Source of the DNA: an uncultured Bacteroidales bacterium
Lineage (GTDB): Bacteria > Bacteroidota > Bacteroidia > Bacteroidales > UBA932
Reading direction: 5' to 3'
DNA: 64,000 bases
Assembly (NCBI GenBank): GCA_900316675.1
Contig: ONDR01000020.1
Coordinates: forward strand, 1,559-65,558
A program made the position numbers and the translations under genes. Shown here in pieces: positions 46,176 through 56,613 of the stretch (position 1 is the stretch's first letter; every line of letters starts with the position of its first letter). The notes beneath the pieces were generated by a model that saw nothing but the letters and a program-made list of their open reading frames with translations, was not told the DNA's origin and made no database searches.

Positions 46176-47585
46176 CTAGTCTTTAATGTGAACACTAAGG
46201 CCGTTTACCTTGATTGCGCTGAAGGGCCTTGAAGGGCAGAGATTCTCGCAGGCGCCGCAGCCAATACATTTAGCTTCGTCAACGACGGGAATCATAGGAG
46301 ATGCGTCATCTGCAGGATCTTTTGCAACCATCAGGATGGCGCCTACGGGGCAGTGGCGGGCGCAGTTGCCGCAGCTTATGCCGTCTTCTGCGACGCACAG
46401 GCTGCGTTCAATTGTAGCCGTACCAATATGGAACTGTGTCTTTTCTTCAGGAGTAAGCGGCAAAATAGCGCCCGCAGGGCATACCTGGGAGCATTCAGTA
46501 CACTCCGGACGGCAGTAGCCTTTCTCGTAGCCCATTTCCGGCTGCATCAGGCGGCTAAGGTCGCTTGACGGGCGCAGCACGTTGTTGGGGCAGGCGTTAA
46601 TGCAAAGCTGGCAGGCAACGCATTTCTGATAGAAGTCCTTTACGCTTTCAGAGCCAAAGGGCGTAAGCGGAACGGTTCTTTCGGGAACTTTTTTGTCGAT
46701 GATGGCAGCCAGTCCGCCGTCCACCTTTTTGCTCTGTGCGCCCAGCGTCGCAGCTGTGGCTATCATGGCCGATGACGCTAAGAAAGCACGGCGTCCTGCG
46801 TCGTTGCCGTCCTCGTTCTGGGCCTTGCCGGCCTCTTTTTTGTCATTGCCGGCCGGCCCGGCAATCTTATACTTCAGCGCTCCGAACTTGCAGCTGTCAA
46901 CGCAGTTGAAGCAATCTACGCAGCGGCTGTAATCTATCTTATGCTGTGAAATATCAATGCAGGAAGCCTTGCACTTGTGCTCGCACACATGGCAGTTCTT
47001 GCACTTGTCGGCATCGATAACCGGCCTGAAAAGGCTGAACCGGCTGAAGAAGCCTAGGGTGGTGCCTACAGGGCAGATGGTATTGCACCATGTGCGTCCG
47101 TGCTTCCAGGCAAGAATCGCAATAATAATGAAGGCGGCTGCGGCGACGGCGGGAACTATCCAGCCAATGGCCTGACCGCTGGCGCTGGTAACCATCTTGC
47201 CAAAGAGACCATAAGGGTCAAGCAGTACGACAAGGTAGCCCAGGCCTGCTACGATGCTTGCCACAAAAACCACAAATACTATGTAGCGGATTCTCTTTTC
47301 CTTGGAAGGTTCATACTTTTTCTTCTTACCGTGCCCCAATCGGCCTATAATGTCCTGCAATATGCCAAGAGGGCAGATAACAGAACAGTAGATGCGGCCA
47401 AAGAGCAATGTCAGCAGTACCAGTACGCCAATGATGACAAAGTTAAGTGCCAAAACGGCCGGCAGGAACTGCCATTTGGCCAGGAAGCTAAGTTGTGAGG
47501 CGCTTCCTTCCCACGGGTGCAGGAAAAGGAGAATTACAGCGCAGAAAACCAGCGCTGCAATAAGAATTCGTAGTTTCCGAAGCAT
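46176..47585 (-). CDS. Membrane 4Fe-4S-binding protein (NapH/MauN-like plus polyferredoxin)
   Basis: GRIYCSVICPLG, GRTWCNTICPVG, multiple CxxCxxCxxxCP clusters, internal RRAFL. Confidence 0.88.
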   Translation of the reverse strand: MLRKLRILIAALVFCAVILLFLHPWEGSASQLSFLAKWQFLPAVLALNFVIIGVLVLLTLLFGRIYCSVICPLGILQDIIGRLGHGKKKKYEPSKEKRIRYIVFVVFVASIVAGLGYLVVLLDPYGLFGKMVTSASGQAIGWIVPAVAAAAFIIIAILAWKHGRTWCNTICPVGTTLGFFSRFSLFRPVIDADKCKNCHVCEHKCKASCIDISQHKIDYSRCVDCFNCVDSCKFGALKYKIAGPAGNDKKEAGKAQNEDGNDAGRRAFLASSAMIATAATLGAQSKKVDGGLAAIIDKKVPERTVPLTPFGSESVKDFYQKCVACQLCINACPNNVLRPSSDLSRLMQPEMGYEKGYCRPECTECSQVCPAGAILPLTPEEKTQFHIGTATIERSLCVAEDGISCGNCARHCPVGAILMVAKDPADDASPMIPVVDEAKCIGCGACENLCPSRPFSAIKVNGLSVHIKD

Positions 47586-47601
47586 ATCCTTTAGTTGTTG
47601 T

Positions 47602-48261
47602 CTAATCCAGGAAGATTACGGCAGCTGACGGATGGCTGAATTCCAGCTTTATTTCGTCTTCTGCGGCCTTGTTAAGCGTAGCCTTCCACCAATTGTCAAA
47701 GATAACGTTTTCTGTGGAATATTCAAGGCCGTAAGATTTGATTTTTAATGTGTTGTCCGGTGATATAATTGACACTTTGCGCCCTTTTCCAACAGCCAGG
47801 CTGCAGGTGTCCCATACGGGGAAGATGGTTTCGTAGTCCGATACCATGTCCAGCTGACGGTCCTTCATGCCCGGGAAAAGGCGGGCGTATTCCATCAAAA
47901 GGGATACGTTGCCGATGGTATGGTCAGCACGCTTGCCGGTAGCAGCCAGTATGTGGATGCAATCCACCTCAGGATGCTGTTCAAGCAGATATCGGACCGC
48001 TTTTGTCTGGTCGTTGTAGTCCTGCTCTTCGTAGTGGACAATAATGCCGTCATACTGCTTGCGCAGGCCGGACGTAATGGAGTCCATATCGCCTACAACT
48101 GCATCAGGAAGCCTTTTTCGGCCGCCGAAGATGGCCGGCATGGCCTTGAGGTAGGCGCCAAGGGCTCCGTCGCAGCAGATAATGAAATCTGCGCTGCCTA
48201 TAAGGTAACGGGGGTAGTCCTTGCGCGGGAAACTACCGTTGCAGATGATGGCTGCTGTCAT
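47602..48261 (-). CDS. thiN: Thiamine diphosphokinase
   Basis: ICCDGA, VVGDMDS, EQDYNDQTKA, ATGKRADHTIGN. Confidence 0.88.
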   Translation of the reverse strand: MTAAIICNGSFPRKDYPRYLIGSADFIICCDGALGAYLKAMPAIFGGRKRLPDAVVGDMDSITSGLRKQYDGIIVHYEEQDYNDQTKAVRYLLEQHPEVDCIHILAATGKRADHTIGNVSLLMEYARLFPGMKDRQLDMVSDYETIFPVWDTCSLAVGKGRKVSIISPDNTLKIKSYGLEYSTENVIFDNWWKATLNKAAEDEIKLEFSHPSAAVIFLD

Positions 48262-50720
48262 TATACAGAAAGGGTTTTTGCTATTTCCTGGTGGGATGTT
48301 CCCTTGGTGGTGCTATAGCTGGATGCGTCCCTGAAGCCTGCCAGGAAGGCCTTGACCTCCATGCGCTTCTTGCCTGCCAGCTGGATGTCCTTGAGCAGGA
48401 TTGCGCCGCCTTCGGCGGTGGCTACTGCAAGGTAGGATTTGCCGTCGGATAGGATTGTGCCGGCAGCCACGGCAGCATCGGCACCAAGAGCCTGAAGGGT
48501 AGTCTTCTCTGCACCGAAGATCTTAAGCTGTACGGGCTGACCGCCGTCTTTGCAAATCTCTGTAAAGGCGGTGGGGTAGGGGCTCAGACCGCGAATCAGG
48601 TTGTAAACCTCCTTTGCCGGGGCGTCCCAGTCTATATGGCAGAGCTCGCGGGTAAGCTTGGGTGCGGGCTTCAGTACTTCGGAACCCTGGATGAAGCTAC
48701 GCTGCACGCGGGTTTCGATATTCTTCTGGATGATACCCTCTACGGTCTGCACTACGAGGTCTGCGCCTATCGGCATCAGGGCGTCGTGAACGTCGCCCGC
48801 AGTATCGGCTTCGCCAATCCTGCACTCCTGACGGAGCATAATGCCTCCGGTATCTATGTTCTGATCAATCATGAAGGTTGTGGCGCCGGTCATCTTTTCA
48901 CCGTTGATTACAGCCCAGTTGATAGGGGCGGCACCGCGGTACTGAGGCAGCAGGGCTGCATGCAGGTTGAAGGTGCCAAGGGGCGGCATCTTCCAGACAA
49001 CCTCCGGCAGCATCCTGAAGGCAACTACCACAAAGAGGTCTGCCTTAAGGGCGGCCAGCTGCTCCAGAAAAGCGGGATCTTTAAGCTTTTCGGGCTGCAG
49101 CACGGGTATGCCCTGCTCAACTGCGAACTTCTTTACGGCGCTCTCGTTAACCTTAAGGCCGCGTCCGCTGGGTTTGTCGGCAACCGTAACAACGCCCACA
49201 ATCTTGTATCCGTTATCTATAAGGGCCTTGAGCGGAGCAACTGCGAACTCCGGAGTACCCATGTAAACGATTCTTGTCTTTCTGAATATCCTCATAATCT
49301 TACTCTTTACTGCACGCCATGATGCTGCAAGGCTGTCGTTTGCCCCAAACAGCTTGGCGTCGTTAACTGCTTTCCAGGACAGGAAGATGCCAAGCGGCAG
49401 CAGGATCACCGTAGAAATGAAGGCCCCCGTAAAGGCCGTCGCGGCCCCGTCCTTGGCCAACTTGGTTCCTGTAATATCAATAACCCAGTACAGCACAAAG
49501 AACAGCACTGCAACTATGGCCGCTGCACCCAATCCGGTCTTTTTGGTAACAAAGGATCCAAGCGGCGCGCCTATCAGGAACAGGATGAGGCAGGCCAGGG
49601 CCTGGGCGAACTTCTTAAGCAGCTCTACGTTGGAATGACGCAGTATCTTGTTGGTATAGGCCATCTCGTCGTCTGCGTTCTGCAGGGTGGAAACCATCTC
49701 CGATGCAGAATTGGCGGCGTTTTCAAGGTGCATCTTTTCCTTTGATGTGCTGCCCCAGTCCATCTTGCTGTAATCCATGTCTACATTGGCCTGGAAGTGA
49801 TGGGCGGTGTCAATCTGGTTCAGGTAACGGAAGTTCCTCCTTTGCCAGTAGTTGCTTCTGATCTTTGCTACAAGGGAGTCGTGCTCGTGCTGTAGGGAGT
49901 CGCGTCCCATGGCCAGGCGGGAAACGTTCATCGCACGCACCTGGTCAGAGAATTTTGCGCTTTCTGATTTCTCGAAGGCATAGTTCTCTATCGGGATGAT
50001 AAGCGTCTGCGAGTCGAAGCTGATGCGCTGCAGCTCAAGCGATGTGTCCCTGTAGTGGAGTTCGTTTGTCTCCTGGTAATTGATGCCGCTGAACAGTTTG
50101 AAGGTGATGTAGTCCTTTGCCTCTGACATCTTCATTATTGCCGAATCTGCCAGCGTTACGCTTACATCGCCCTTGTTGCTGGAATGATCGTACACCTGCA
50201 CGTCGTACATCATGTCCGTCTTTTTGTTGCGGCCCTCGATTCGGAGTACATAGCCCTCCAGACCGTCGTAGAAGGTACCGGTGGGTATTTTTATCTCTGA
50301 TTTTGTACGGCCGATATCGTCGCGGAGCGTATAAATATTGTTGTATGCCAGCGGCACAAGGTCATTGGCTGCAAAGAAGGCGGCTACGCTGATCAGGGCG
50401 GAAACAATGGCCAGCGGGGTCATCACCCTGCGAAGGGAGATGCCGGCCGACTTCATTGCAATGAGCTCATTGTTCTCTGACATGTTGCCAAGAGTCATGA
50501 CAGAGGCCAGCAAGGTGGCCAGAGGCATGGACAAAGGCAGCAGGGTGGCGCCTCCCCAGGCCATAAATTCCATTATGACCCAGATGCTCAGGCCTTTTCC
50601 TACAAGTTCGTCGATATAGAGCCACAGGAACTGCATCATCAGTATGAACAATACGATGAAAAGCAGAGCGAAGAAGGGCCCTATGAACGACTTCAGTATG
50701 AAAAGGTCAAGTTTCTTCAT
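48261..50720 (-). CDS. fmt: In-frame fusion: LptF/LptG-family permease plus methionyl-tRNA formyltransferase
   Basis: N-part KLDLFILKSF...ENNELIAMKSAGISL...LIGAPLG; C-part IVYMGTPEFAV, FNLHAALLPQYRGAAPINWA, LIRGLSPYP; no stop between them. Confidence 0.88.
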   Translation of the reverse strand: MKKLDLFILKSFIGPFFALLFIVLFILMMQFLWLYIDELVGKGLSIWVIMEFMAWGGATLLPLSMPLATLLASVMTLGNMSENNELIAMKSAGISLRRVMTPLAIVSALISVAAFFAANDLVPLAYNNIYTLRDDIGRTKSEIKIPTGTFYDGLEGYVLRIEGRNKKTDMMYDVQVYDHSSNKGDVSVTLADSAIMKMSEAKDYITFKLFSGINYQETNELHYRDTSLELQRISFDSQTLIIPIENYAFEKSESAKFSDQVRAMNVSRLAMGRDSLQHEHDSLVAKIRSNYWQRRNFRYLNQIDTAHHFQANVDMDYSKMDWGSTSKEKMHLENAANSASEMVSTLQNADDEMAYTNKILRHSNVELLKKFAQALACLILFLIGAPLGSFVTKKTGLGAAAIVAVLFFVLYWVIDITGTKLAKDGAATAFTGAFISTVILLPLGIFLSWKAVNDAKLFGANDSLAASWRAVKSKIMRIFRKTRIVYMGTPEFAVAPLKALIDNGYKIVGVVTVADKPSGRGLKVNESAVKKFAVEQGIPVLQPEKLKDPAFLEQLAALKADLFVVVAFRMLPEVVWKMPPLGTFNLHAALLPQYRGAAPINWAVINGEKMTGATTFMIDQNIDTGGIMLRQECRIGEADTAGDVHDALMPIGADLVVQTVEGIIQKNIETRVQRSFIQGSEVLKPAPKLTRELCHIDWDAPAKEVYNLIRGLSPYPTAFTEICKDGGQPVQLKIFGAEKTTLQALGADAAVAAGTILSDGKSYLAVATAEGGAILLKDIQLAGKKRMEVKAFLAGFRDASSYSTTKGTSHQEIAKTLSV

Positions 50721-50729
50721 TAATGCGCG

Positions 50730-53342
50730 CTATCCTTTAATGATATTGACGAGTGCATCCATTGCATCCTTCAGTCCTGCAACATTCTTGCCGCCGGCTG
50801 TAGCGAGTCCGGGCTGACCGCCACCGCCGCCCTGGATGAATTTGGCTGCTTCGCGGATATCCTTGCCTGCATTGCGGCCCTTGGCTACAAGGTCGTTGGA
50901 GTACATGAGCACCAGGTTGGGCCTGTCTTCATAGGAGAATGCGCCGGCAAGTGCAAAATTCTGAACCCTCTTCTGCAAAAGTGTGGCCACGTTGCGGACG
51001 AATACGGGATCAACAGAATTGTCAAAGCAAACAACCTTGATTCCGTTAATCTCCTGGGCTTGAGCCTCAAGCTTTTCTGCCAGTTGGGCGGCTTTCTCAT
51101 TGGCTACAGCCTCGAGCTGCTTGCGGGCGTCGGCGTTCTCTGCGATAAGCTTTTCTATTGCGGCCTGCAGGTCAGGAACATTGTTCATCAGGTTCTTAAG
51201 GCCCCTGACGAGGTCTTCCATATGGTGGATGTTCTCCAGAGCCTTTGCTCCGGTTACAGCCTCGATACGGCGTACACCTGCGGCTACGGCGCTTTCAGAT
51301 ACAATCTTGAACAGGCCGATGGTGCCGGTGCTGGGGGTATGGGTTCCACCGCATAGCTCTACTGAATCTCCGTAGCGGACTACGCGGACAACGTCGCCGT
51401 ATTTCTCTCCGAAGAGGGCCATGGCGCCCATTGCACGGGCTTCGTCCATACTGGCGTCGCGCTTTTCTACCAACGGGAAGTCAGAGCGGATAAGCTGGTT
51501 GACGCGGATTTCTACGTTCCTGATTTCCTCTTCTGACATCTTCTGGAAGTGGGAGAAGTCAAAGCGGAAGTAGTCAGGACCAACAAATGAACCTTTCTGC
51601 TCTACGTGGGTTCCGAGCACTATTCTCAGGGCCTGGTGAAGCAGGTGGGTTGCGGTATGGTTGTTCTGGATATGACGGCGACGGGCATTGTCTACTATAA
51701 GGTAGAAGGCCTGTGTGCTCTTGGAAGGAAGGCGCTCTGCCAGATGAATGGTAAGGTTGTTCTCCTTAACGGTATTCAGTATCTGGATGCGTTCTCCGTT
51801 TTCGCCCTCGATGAAGCCGGTGTCGCCCACCTGTCCGCCCATTTCGGCGTAGAAAGGAGTGCGGTCAAATACCAGCTGGAAGTATTCCTTGTTCTTCTGC
51901 TTAACGGTACGCTGCTTCAGAAGGTGTGCGTCCTTGACGCGGAGGGTGTCGTAGCCGACGAACTCAACGTCTGCCTCGCGGAATACCATCCAGTCTCCGA
52001 ATTCATTGGAGGTGGCGTTGCGGGCACGTTCCTTCTGCTTCTCAAGTTCTATGTTGAAGTTCTTGATATCTACGGTATAGCCTTTTTCAGAGGCGATAAG
52101 CTCTGTAAGGTCGATAGGGAAGCCATATGTGTCGTACAGCACGAAGGCGTCCACGCCGGGGATAACCTTGGTTGCGGCGTTCTTGGCCATATTGTCTTCC
52201 AGCATCTTGATACCGCGGTCCAGGGTGCGCAGGAAGGCGTTTTCTTCTTCCTTGATGACGTTGGAGATAAGCTTCTGCTGGGCGGGCAGCTCAGGATAAG
52301 CTTCTCCCATGTCTGCAACCAGCTGGGGGATGAGACGGCAGAGGAAAGGCTCCGTGAAGCCAAGGAAGGTGTAGCCGTAGCGAACTGCACGGCGCAGGAT
52401 TCGCCTGATAACGTAGCCGGCCTTCACGTTTGAAGGCAGCTGGCCATCGGCGATAGAGAAGGCGATGGCGCGGATGTGGTCTGCGATCACCCTCATGGCA
52501 ACCTCTACATTGCCGCCCTCGGTGTATTTATGGCCGGAGAATTCTTCCACTTTGCCGATGAGGCCGGAGAATACGTCGGTCTCGTAGTTGCTCTTCTTGC
52601 CCTGCATTATCATGCACAGGCGCTCGAAGCCCATACCGGTATCGATGCTCTTTGCGGGAAGGGGCTCAAGATGGCCGTCGGCCTTGCGGTTGTACTGCAT
52701 GAACACAAGGTTCCAAATCTCTATGACATCGTCGTTGTCTGTGTTCACAAGTTCGCGTCCGGGGATTTTGGCTATTTCCTCGTCCGGCCTAAGGTCGATG
52801 TGGATCTCGCTGCAAGGGCCGCAGGGACCAGTGTCGCCCATCTCCCAGAAGTTGTCGTGCTTGTTTCCGGTAAGCACGTGGTCTGCAGGCAGATGCCTGA
52901 GCCAGGCAGCTTCGGCCTCGGTATCCTTGGTGGTGCCGTCTTCTGCGCTGCCCTCAAATACGGTAGCGTAAAGTTTGGTCTTGTCTATCTTGTAAACTTC
53001 TGTCAGAAGCTCCCATGCCCAGTCGATAGCCTCGTTCTTGAAATAGTCTCCGAAGCTCCAGTTTCCCAACATCTCGAACATGGTATGATGGCGGCCGTCG
53101 TGACCCACGGCTTCCAGGTCATTGTGCTTACCGCTTACGCGGAGGCACTTCTGTGCGTCTGTTGCACGGGGGAACTTGGGCGCCGCGTTGCCAAGGAAGA
53201 TGTCCTTGAACTGGTTCATTCCGGCGTTGGTGAACATAAGCGTAGGGTCATTCTTGATGACCATAGGTGCTGAGGGCACAACGGTGTGTCCTTTGGAAGC
53301 AAAGAAGTCTATAAACTTACTTCTAATCTCTTTAGATGTCAT
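50730..53342 (-). CDS. alaS: Alanyl-tRNA synthetase
   Basis: [50 protein letters not shown]-terminus; start at ATG 53342. Confidence 0.98.
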   Translation of the reverse strand: MTSKEIRSKFIDFFASKGHTVVPSAPMVIKNDPTLMFTNAGMNQFKDIFLGNAAPKFPRATDAQKCLRVSGKHNDLEAVGHDGRHHTMFEMLGNWSFGDYFKNEAIDWAWELLTEVYKIDKTKLYATVFEGSAEDGTTKDTEAEAAWLRHLPADHVLTGNKHDNFWEMGDTGPCGPCSEIHIDLRPDEEIAKIPGRELVNTDNDDVIEIWNLVFMQYNRKADGHLEPLPAKSIDTGMGFERLCMIMQGKKSNYETDVFSGLIGKVEEFSGHKYTEGGNVEVAMRVIADHIRAIAFSIADGQLPSNVKAGYVIRRILRRAVRYGYTFLGFTEPFLCRLIPQLVADMGEAYPELPAQQKLISNVIKEEENAFLRTLDRGIKMLEDNMAKNAATKVIPGVDAFVLYDTYGFPIDLTELIASEKGYTVDIKNFNIELEKQKERARNATSNEFGDWMVFREADVEFVGYDTLRVKDAHLLKQRTVKQKNKEYFQLVFDRTPFYAEMGGQVGDTGFIEGENGERIQILNTVKENNLTIHLAERLPSKSTQAFYLIVDNARRRHIQNNHTATHLLHQALRIVLGTHVEQKGSFVGPDYFRFDFSHFQKMSEEEIRNVEIRVNQLIRSDFPLVEKRDASMDEARAMGAMALFGEKYGDVVRVVRYGDSVELCGGTHTPSTGTIGLFKIVSESAVAAGVRRIEAVTGAKALENIHHMEDLVRGLKNLMNNVPDLQAAIEKLIAENADARKQLEAVANEKAAQLAEKLEAQAQEINGIKVVCFDNSVDPVFVRNVATLLQKRVQNFALAGAFSYEDRPNLVLMYSNDLVAKGRNAGKDIREAAKFIQGGGGGQPGLATAGGKNVAGLKDAMDALVNIIKG

Positions 53343-53433
53343 AGTTATTAAATATAATCCTGCAAATATACGCAAAAAAAGTATAATGGAATAAATTTTG
53401 TCGGACGGAAACTGTTTGTTAAATTTGCAGATT

Positions 53434-54441
53434 ATGGCAGGAAAGTTTGGATATAAGCTAAACCCGGAGACTTTGCTCTATGAAATAGAGAAGGTCTCTG
53501 CCAAGTCACGCATCTGGCATGGCTTGTTTTTCCTGCTGTGGAGCCTGGTTCTGGCTGCTGCTGTATGGTGGTTCTACGTAGCTGTGCTTGGCATGGAGCT
53601 GCCTAAAACCCTGCTGCTTCGCAAGCAAAACGCAGATTGGACAAGCCGTCTGGAACAGATGAACAAGCGCCTTGATGCTTTGGAAGCTTCCCTGGCGGGA
53701 GTCGAGGGCAGGGACGACGGTGTATATCGCAACATTTTTGGCCTGAACCAGGTGGACCCGGAGCGCAGGCACAGCGGCTTTGGCGGCGTAAACAGATATG
53801 CTTATCTTGAAGAAGAAGGCGCATCGCCGCTGCTGCGCAAGACAGTGCTGCGTGTGGATCGTCTTACAAAGGCGGCATATGTGCAGAGCCTGTCTTTTGA
53901 CGATGTCGGTGCAATATCGAAAAGAGCCGGCGACATGGCCTCCTGCATACCTGTAATCATTCCCCTGAACCCCGGATCAAGGTACAGGCTGTCCAGCCCT
54001 TTTGGCTACCGGTCCGATCCTATTTTCGGCTACACACTCTTCCATTCCGGAATGGATTTCGCCACGGATATCGGCAATAAGATTTACAGCACCGGAGACG
54101 GTGTGGTAGAGCTTGTCAACAACGAAATCAGGGGCTACGGAAACCAGGTCATCATCAATCACGGATTTGGCTACAAAACGCGCTACGCGCACATGAAAAC
54201 CATATTTGTGGGCGAAGGCCAGAAGGTTAAGAGAGGCACCCTGATAGGGGAGGCGGGTCGCTCCGGAAAGGCTACCGGACCCCATCTTCACTACGAGGTC
54301 CTGTACCGCGGTAGTGCCATCAATCCCGTCAATTACGTAGACTTTGAAATGGATACCAAAGAGTACGAGACGATGGTCAAAAATGCCGCAGAGGCTTCAG
54401 GCGAAATTCCTCCCTCCAAACTGCCCAAAAAGAATAGATAG
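53434..54441 (+). CDS. M23 metallo-endopeptidase (LytM-like), paralog 1
   Basis: N-terminal TM and coiled coil; HSGMD (HxxxD), [13 protein letters not shown]; likely start at ATG 53434. Confidence 0.9.
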   Translation: MAGKFGYKLNPETLLYEIEKVSAKSRIWHGLFFLLWSLVLAAAVWWFYVAVLGMELPKTLLLRKQNADWTSRLEQMNKRLDALEASLAGVEGRDDGVYRNIFGLNQVDPERRHSGFGGVNRYAYLEEEGASPLLRKTVLRVDRLTKAAYVQSLSFDDVGAISKRAGDMASCIPVIIPLNPGSRYRLSSPFGYRSDPIFGYTLFHSGMDFATDIGNKIYSTGDGVVELVNNEIRGYGNQVIINHGFGYKTRYAHMKTIFVGEGQKVKRGTLIGEAGRSGKATGPHLHYEVLYRGSAINPVNYVDFEMDTKEYETMVKNAAEASGEIPPSKLPKKNR

Positions 54442-54444
54442 ACA

Positions 54445-55392
54445 ATGGCTAAAAAATACATATTCGACAGGGAAAGCGTGAGTTTCAAGAAAGTGGGACT
54501 CTCTGCCTGGGCGCTTGCCGGAAGGGTCTTCAAATGGCTCTCCGGAGCAATTGCCCTGGCCGTTGTCTACTATGTGGTTTTCAGCCTTTTATTCAATACG
54601 GATGTAGAGCGTCAGCTGTCCCGTGAAAACAAGGCTTATCAGCGTGAGTATGCTGCACTTCAGCAGAAGCAAAGGCTGCTGTCCGACGTTGTACTGAACC
54701 TTCAGTCCAGGGACGACGACATCTATCGCAGCATCTTCCACAGCGCGGCCCCTACCGCCCATCCGGTGGTCAATCTGGTTGCCGATGATTCTGAAACCGA
54801 CGCCAGTGGTTATGCTGCGCTGGTAGAATCCAGCCGCAGCCGTCTGGATTCTGCGACGGCTAAGACCGCCCGCATCGAGGCTGCGTTTCAGGACATATTC
54901 AAGAAACTTTCCCGTGACGCCATCCCTCCTATGTGCCTGCCGGTCAAGAAGTTGACCTACACCATGACAGGAGCCTCCGTGGGTCCTAAATACAATCCTT
55001 TCTACAAGGTTGAATCCAACCACGAAGGCCTGGATATCATCGTCACGCAGGGAGATCCTGTTTTTGCGACGGCGGACGGAGTCGTAGAAAATGTAGTCCG
55101 TTCTGCAAAAGGACTCGGAAATGTAGTGACCATCAACCACGGGAATGGATATGTGACAAGATATGCCCATCTGGGCCAGGTTAACGTGATAAAAGGACAG
55201 AAGGTCCGCCGCGGACAGGTTATCGCAGAGGTTGGTGTTTCCGGCAAATCTTTTGCCCCTCACCTTCACTACGAAGTCCGTTTTGCAGACAAGGTACTGG
55301 ACCCAGTGAACTACTTCTTCGGCGCCCTGGACCAGGAGTCCTATGCGGGCGTTTCCTATATGGCGGCTCATACAGAGCAATCACTTGATTAA
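54445..55392 (+). CDS. M23 metallo-endopeptidase, paralog 2
   Basis: HEGLD, TRYAH, APHLHYEV. Confidence 0.9.
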   Translation: MAKKYIFDRESVSFKKVGLSAWALAGRVFKWLSGAIALAVVYYVVFSLLFNTDVERQLSRENKAYQREYAALQQKQRLLSDVVLNLQSRDDDIYRSIFHSAAPTAHPVVNLVADDSETDASGYAALVESSRSRLDSATAKTARIEAAFQDIFKKLSRDAIPPMCLPVKKLTYTMTGASVGPKYNPFYKVESNHEGLDIIVTQGDPVFATADGVVENVVRSAKGLGNVVTINHGNGYVTRYAHLGQVNVIKGQKVRRGQVIAEVGVSGKSFAPHLHYEVRFADKVLDPVNYFFGALDQESYAGVSYMAAHTEQSLD

Positions 55393-55409
55393 CAATTATT
55401 TACAATAAT

Positions 55410-55727
55410 ATGGAAAAGCTCTTCTACTCTATCGGCGAAGTAGCCGAAATCCTTGGTGAAAACACTTCTGCCGTACGCTTCTGGACCAATTATTTCGAGC
55501 GGTTCCTTAAGCCTAAACGCAATGCTAAAGGCAACCGCCGTTACACCGCGGAAGAGATTGAAACGCTTAAGCAGATCCGCTTCCTGACAAAAGAGCAGGG
55601 GCTTACCCTGGAGGGCACTCAAAAGGCCTTGTCAGAGGACCGCAGCAAGGTTGAGAGCCGCGTAAAAGCCCTTGAAACCTTGAAGGAAATTCGTGCTCAA
55701 CTTGAAGAGGTAAGAAAATCTCTATAG
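55410..55727 (+). CDS. MerR-family HTH transcriptional regulator
   Basis: YSIGEVAEIL...VRFW...PKRNAKGNRRY. Confidence 0.9.
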   Translation: MEKLFYSIGEVAEILGENTSAVRFWTNYFERFLKPKRNAKGNRRYTAEEIETLKQIRFLTKEQGLTLEGTQKALSEDRSKVESRVKALETLKEIRAQLEEVRKSL

Positions 55728-55782
55728 AGATTCGGAAAATTTTGCTTACCTTTGCAGACTTGAAAATTAGTTAAAGAAAAAT

Positions 55783-56598
55783 ATGGCAACAAAGAAAACC
55801 AAGAAAGTAGCAACTCCGGTAGACCAGAGGGAAACTTTCGTATCCATCCAGAAGAATTTTGCGGACTCTGACATTTCCGTAGAAGAGAAGCTCAAAATAC
55901 TGTACGAGCTTCAGAAAGCAGACGTAGCTATTGACAAAATCATCAGCCGTCGCGGAGAACTCCCGGAGGAAGTAAAAGCCCTGGAAGAAGAGATTGCAGT
56001 ACTTAAGGCCAAGATTTCCAAGCTGAATGAACTTAACGCCGGCCTCAACCTCTCTATCGCAGAGAACAAAGAGAAAGCAGTTGCAAGTGAGGACGCTGCA
56101 GAGAAATACCGCGCACAGCTGAACCAGATCCAGAACAGCCGCGAGTACGACTCAATAGAGAAAGAAATTGAGAATCTTGACCTTGAGAAGCAGATTGCCA
56201 ACAAGTTCGTTGGTGAGGCCAAGATGAAGATTGCAGAGAACAAGGCTGCCATCGAGGAAATCGAGCAGAAGATCGACGTAAGGAACGAAGACCTCCGCAT
56301 TAAGAAGGAAGAACTTGACAACATTGCCAAGACTACCGCAGCAGAGGAGTCAACCCTCAAGACAAAGAGGGACGCCCTTGCAGAGAAGATCGATGAAAGG
56401 ACAATGAGCGCCTACGAGCGCATCCGTGCAAGTGTTCACAACCACCTTGCAGTTGTAAGCGTATTCAACGAGAACGCCTGCGGCGGTTGCTTCAACACCA
56501 TCATCCCCCAGAGGCTCATCGACATCGCTTCAATGAAGAAGCTTGTTATCTGCGAGCACTGCGGCCGAATCATTGTCAGCCCCGAAACAGACAAGTAA
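55783..56598 (+). CDS. Coiled-coil protein with a C4 zinc ribbon (DUF164-like)
   Basis: LQKAD..ID, long coiled coil, ACGGCF...ICEHCGRII. Confidence 0.88.
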   Translation: MATKKTKKVATPVDQRETFVSIQKNFADSDISVEEKLKILYELQKADVAIDKIISRRGELPEEVKALEEEIAVLKAKISKLNELNAGLNLSIAENKEKAVASEDAAEKYRAQLNQIQNSREYDSIEKEIENLDLEKQIANKFVGEAKMKIAENKAAIEEIEQKIDVRNEDLRIKKEELDNIAKTTAAEESTLKTKRDALAEKIDERTMSAYERIRASVHNHLAVVSVFNENACGGCFNTIIPQRLIDIASMKKLVICEHCGRIIVSPETDK

Positions 56599-56613
56599 AA
56601 TCTGCATACAGCT

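Noticed and set aside
53434-55392. Tandem M23 peptidases as a novel system
   Set aside because: The M23 pair next to alaS and a MerR regulator is a familiar Bacteroidales core arrangement.
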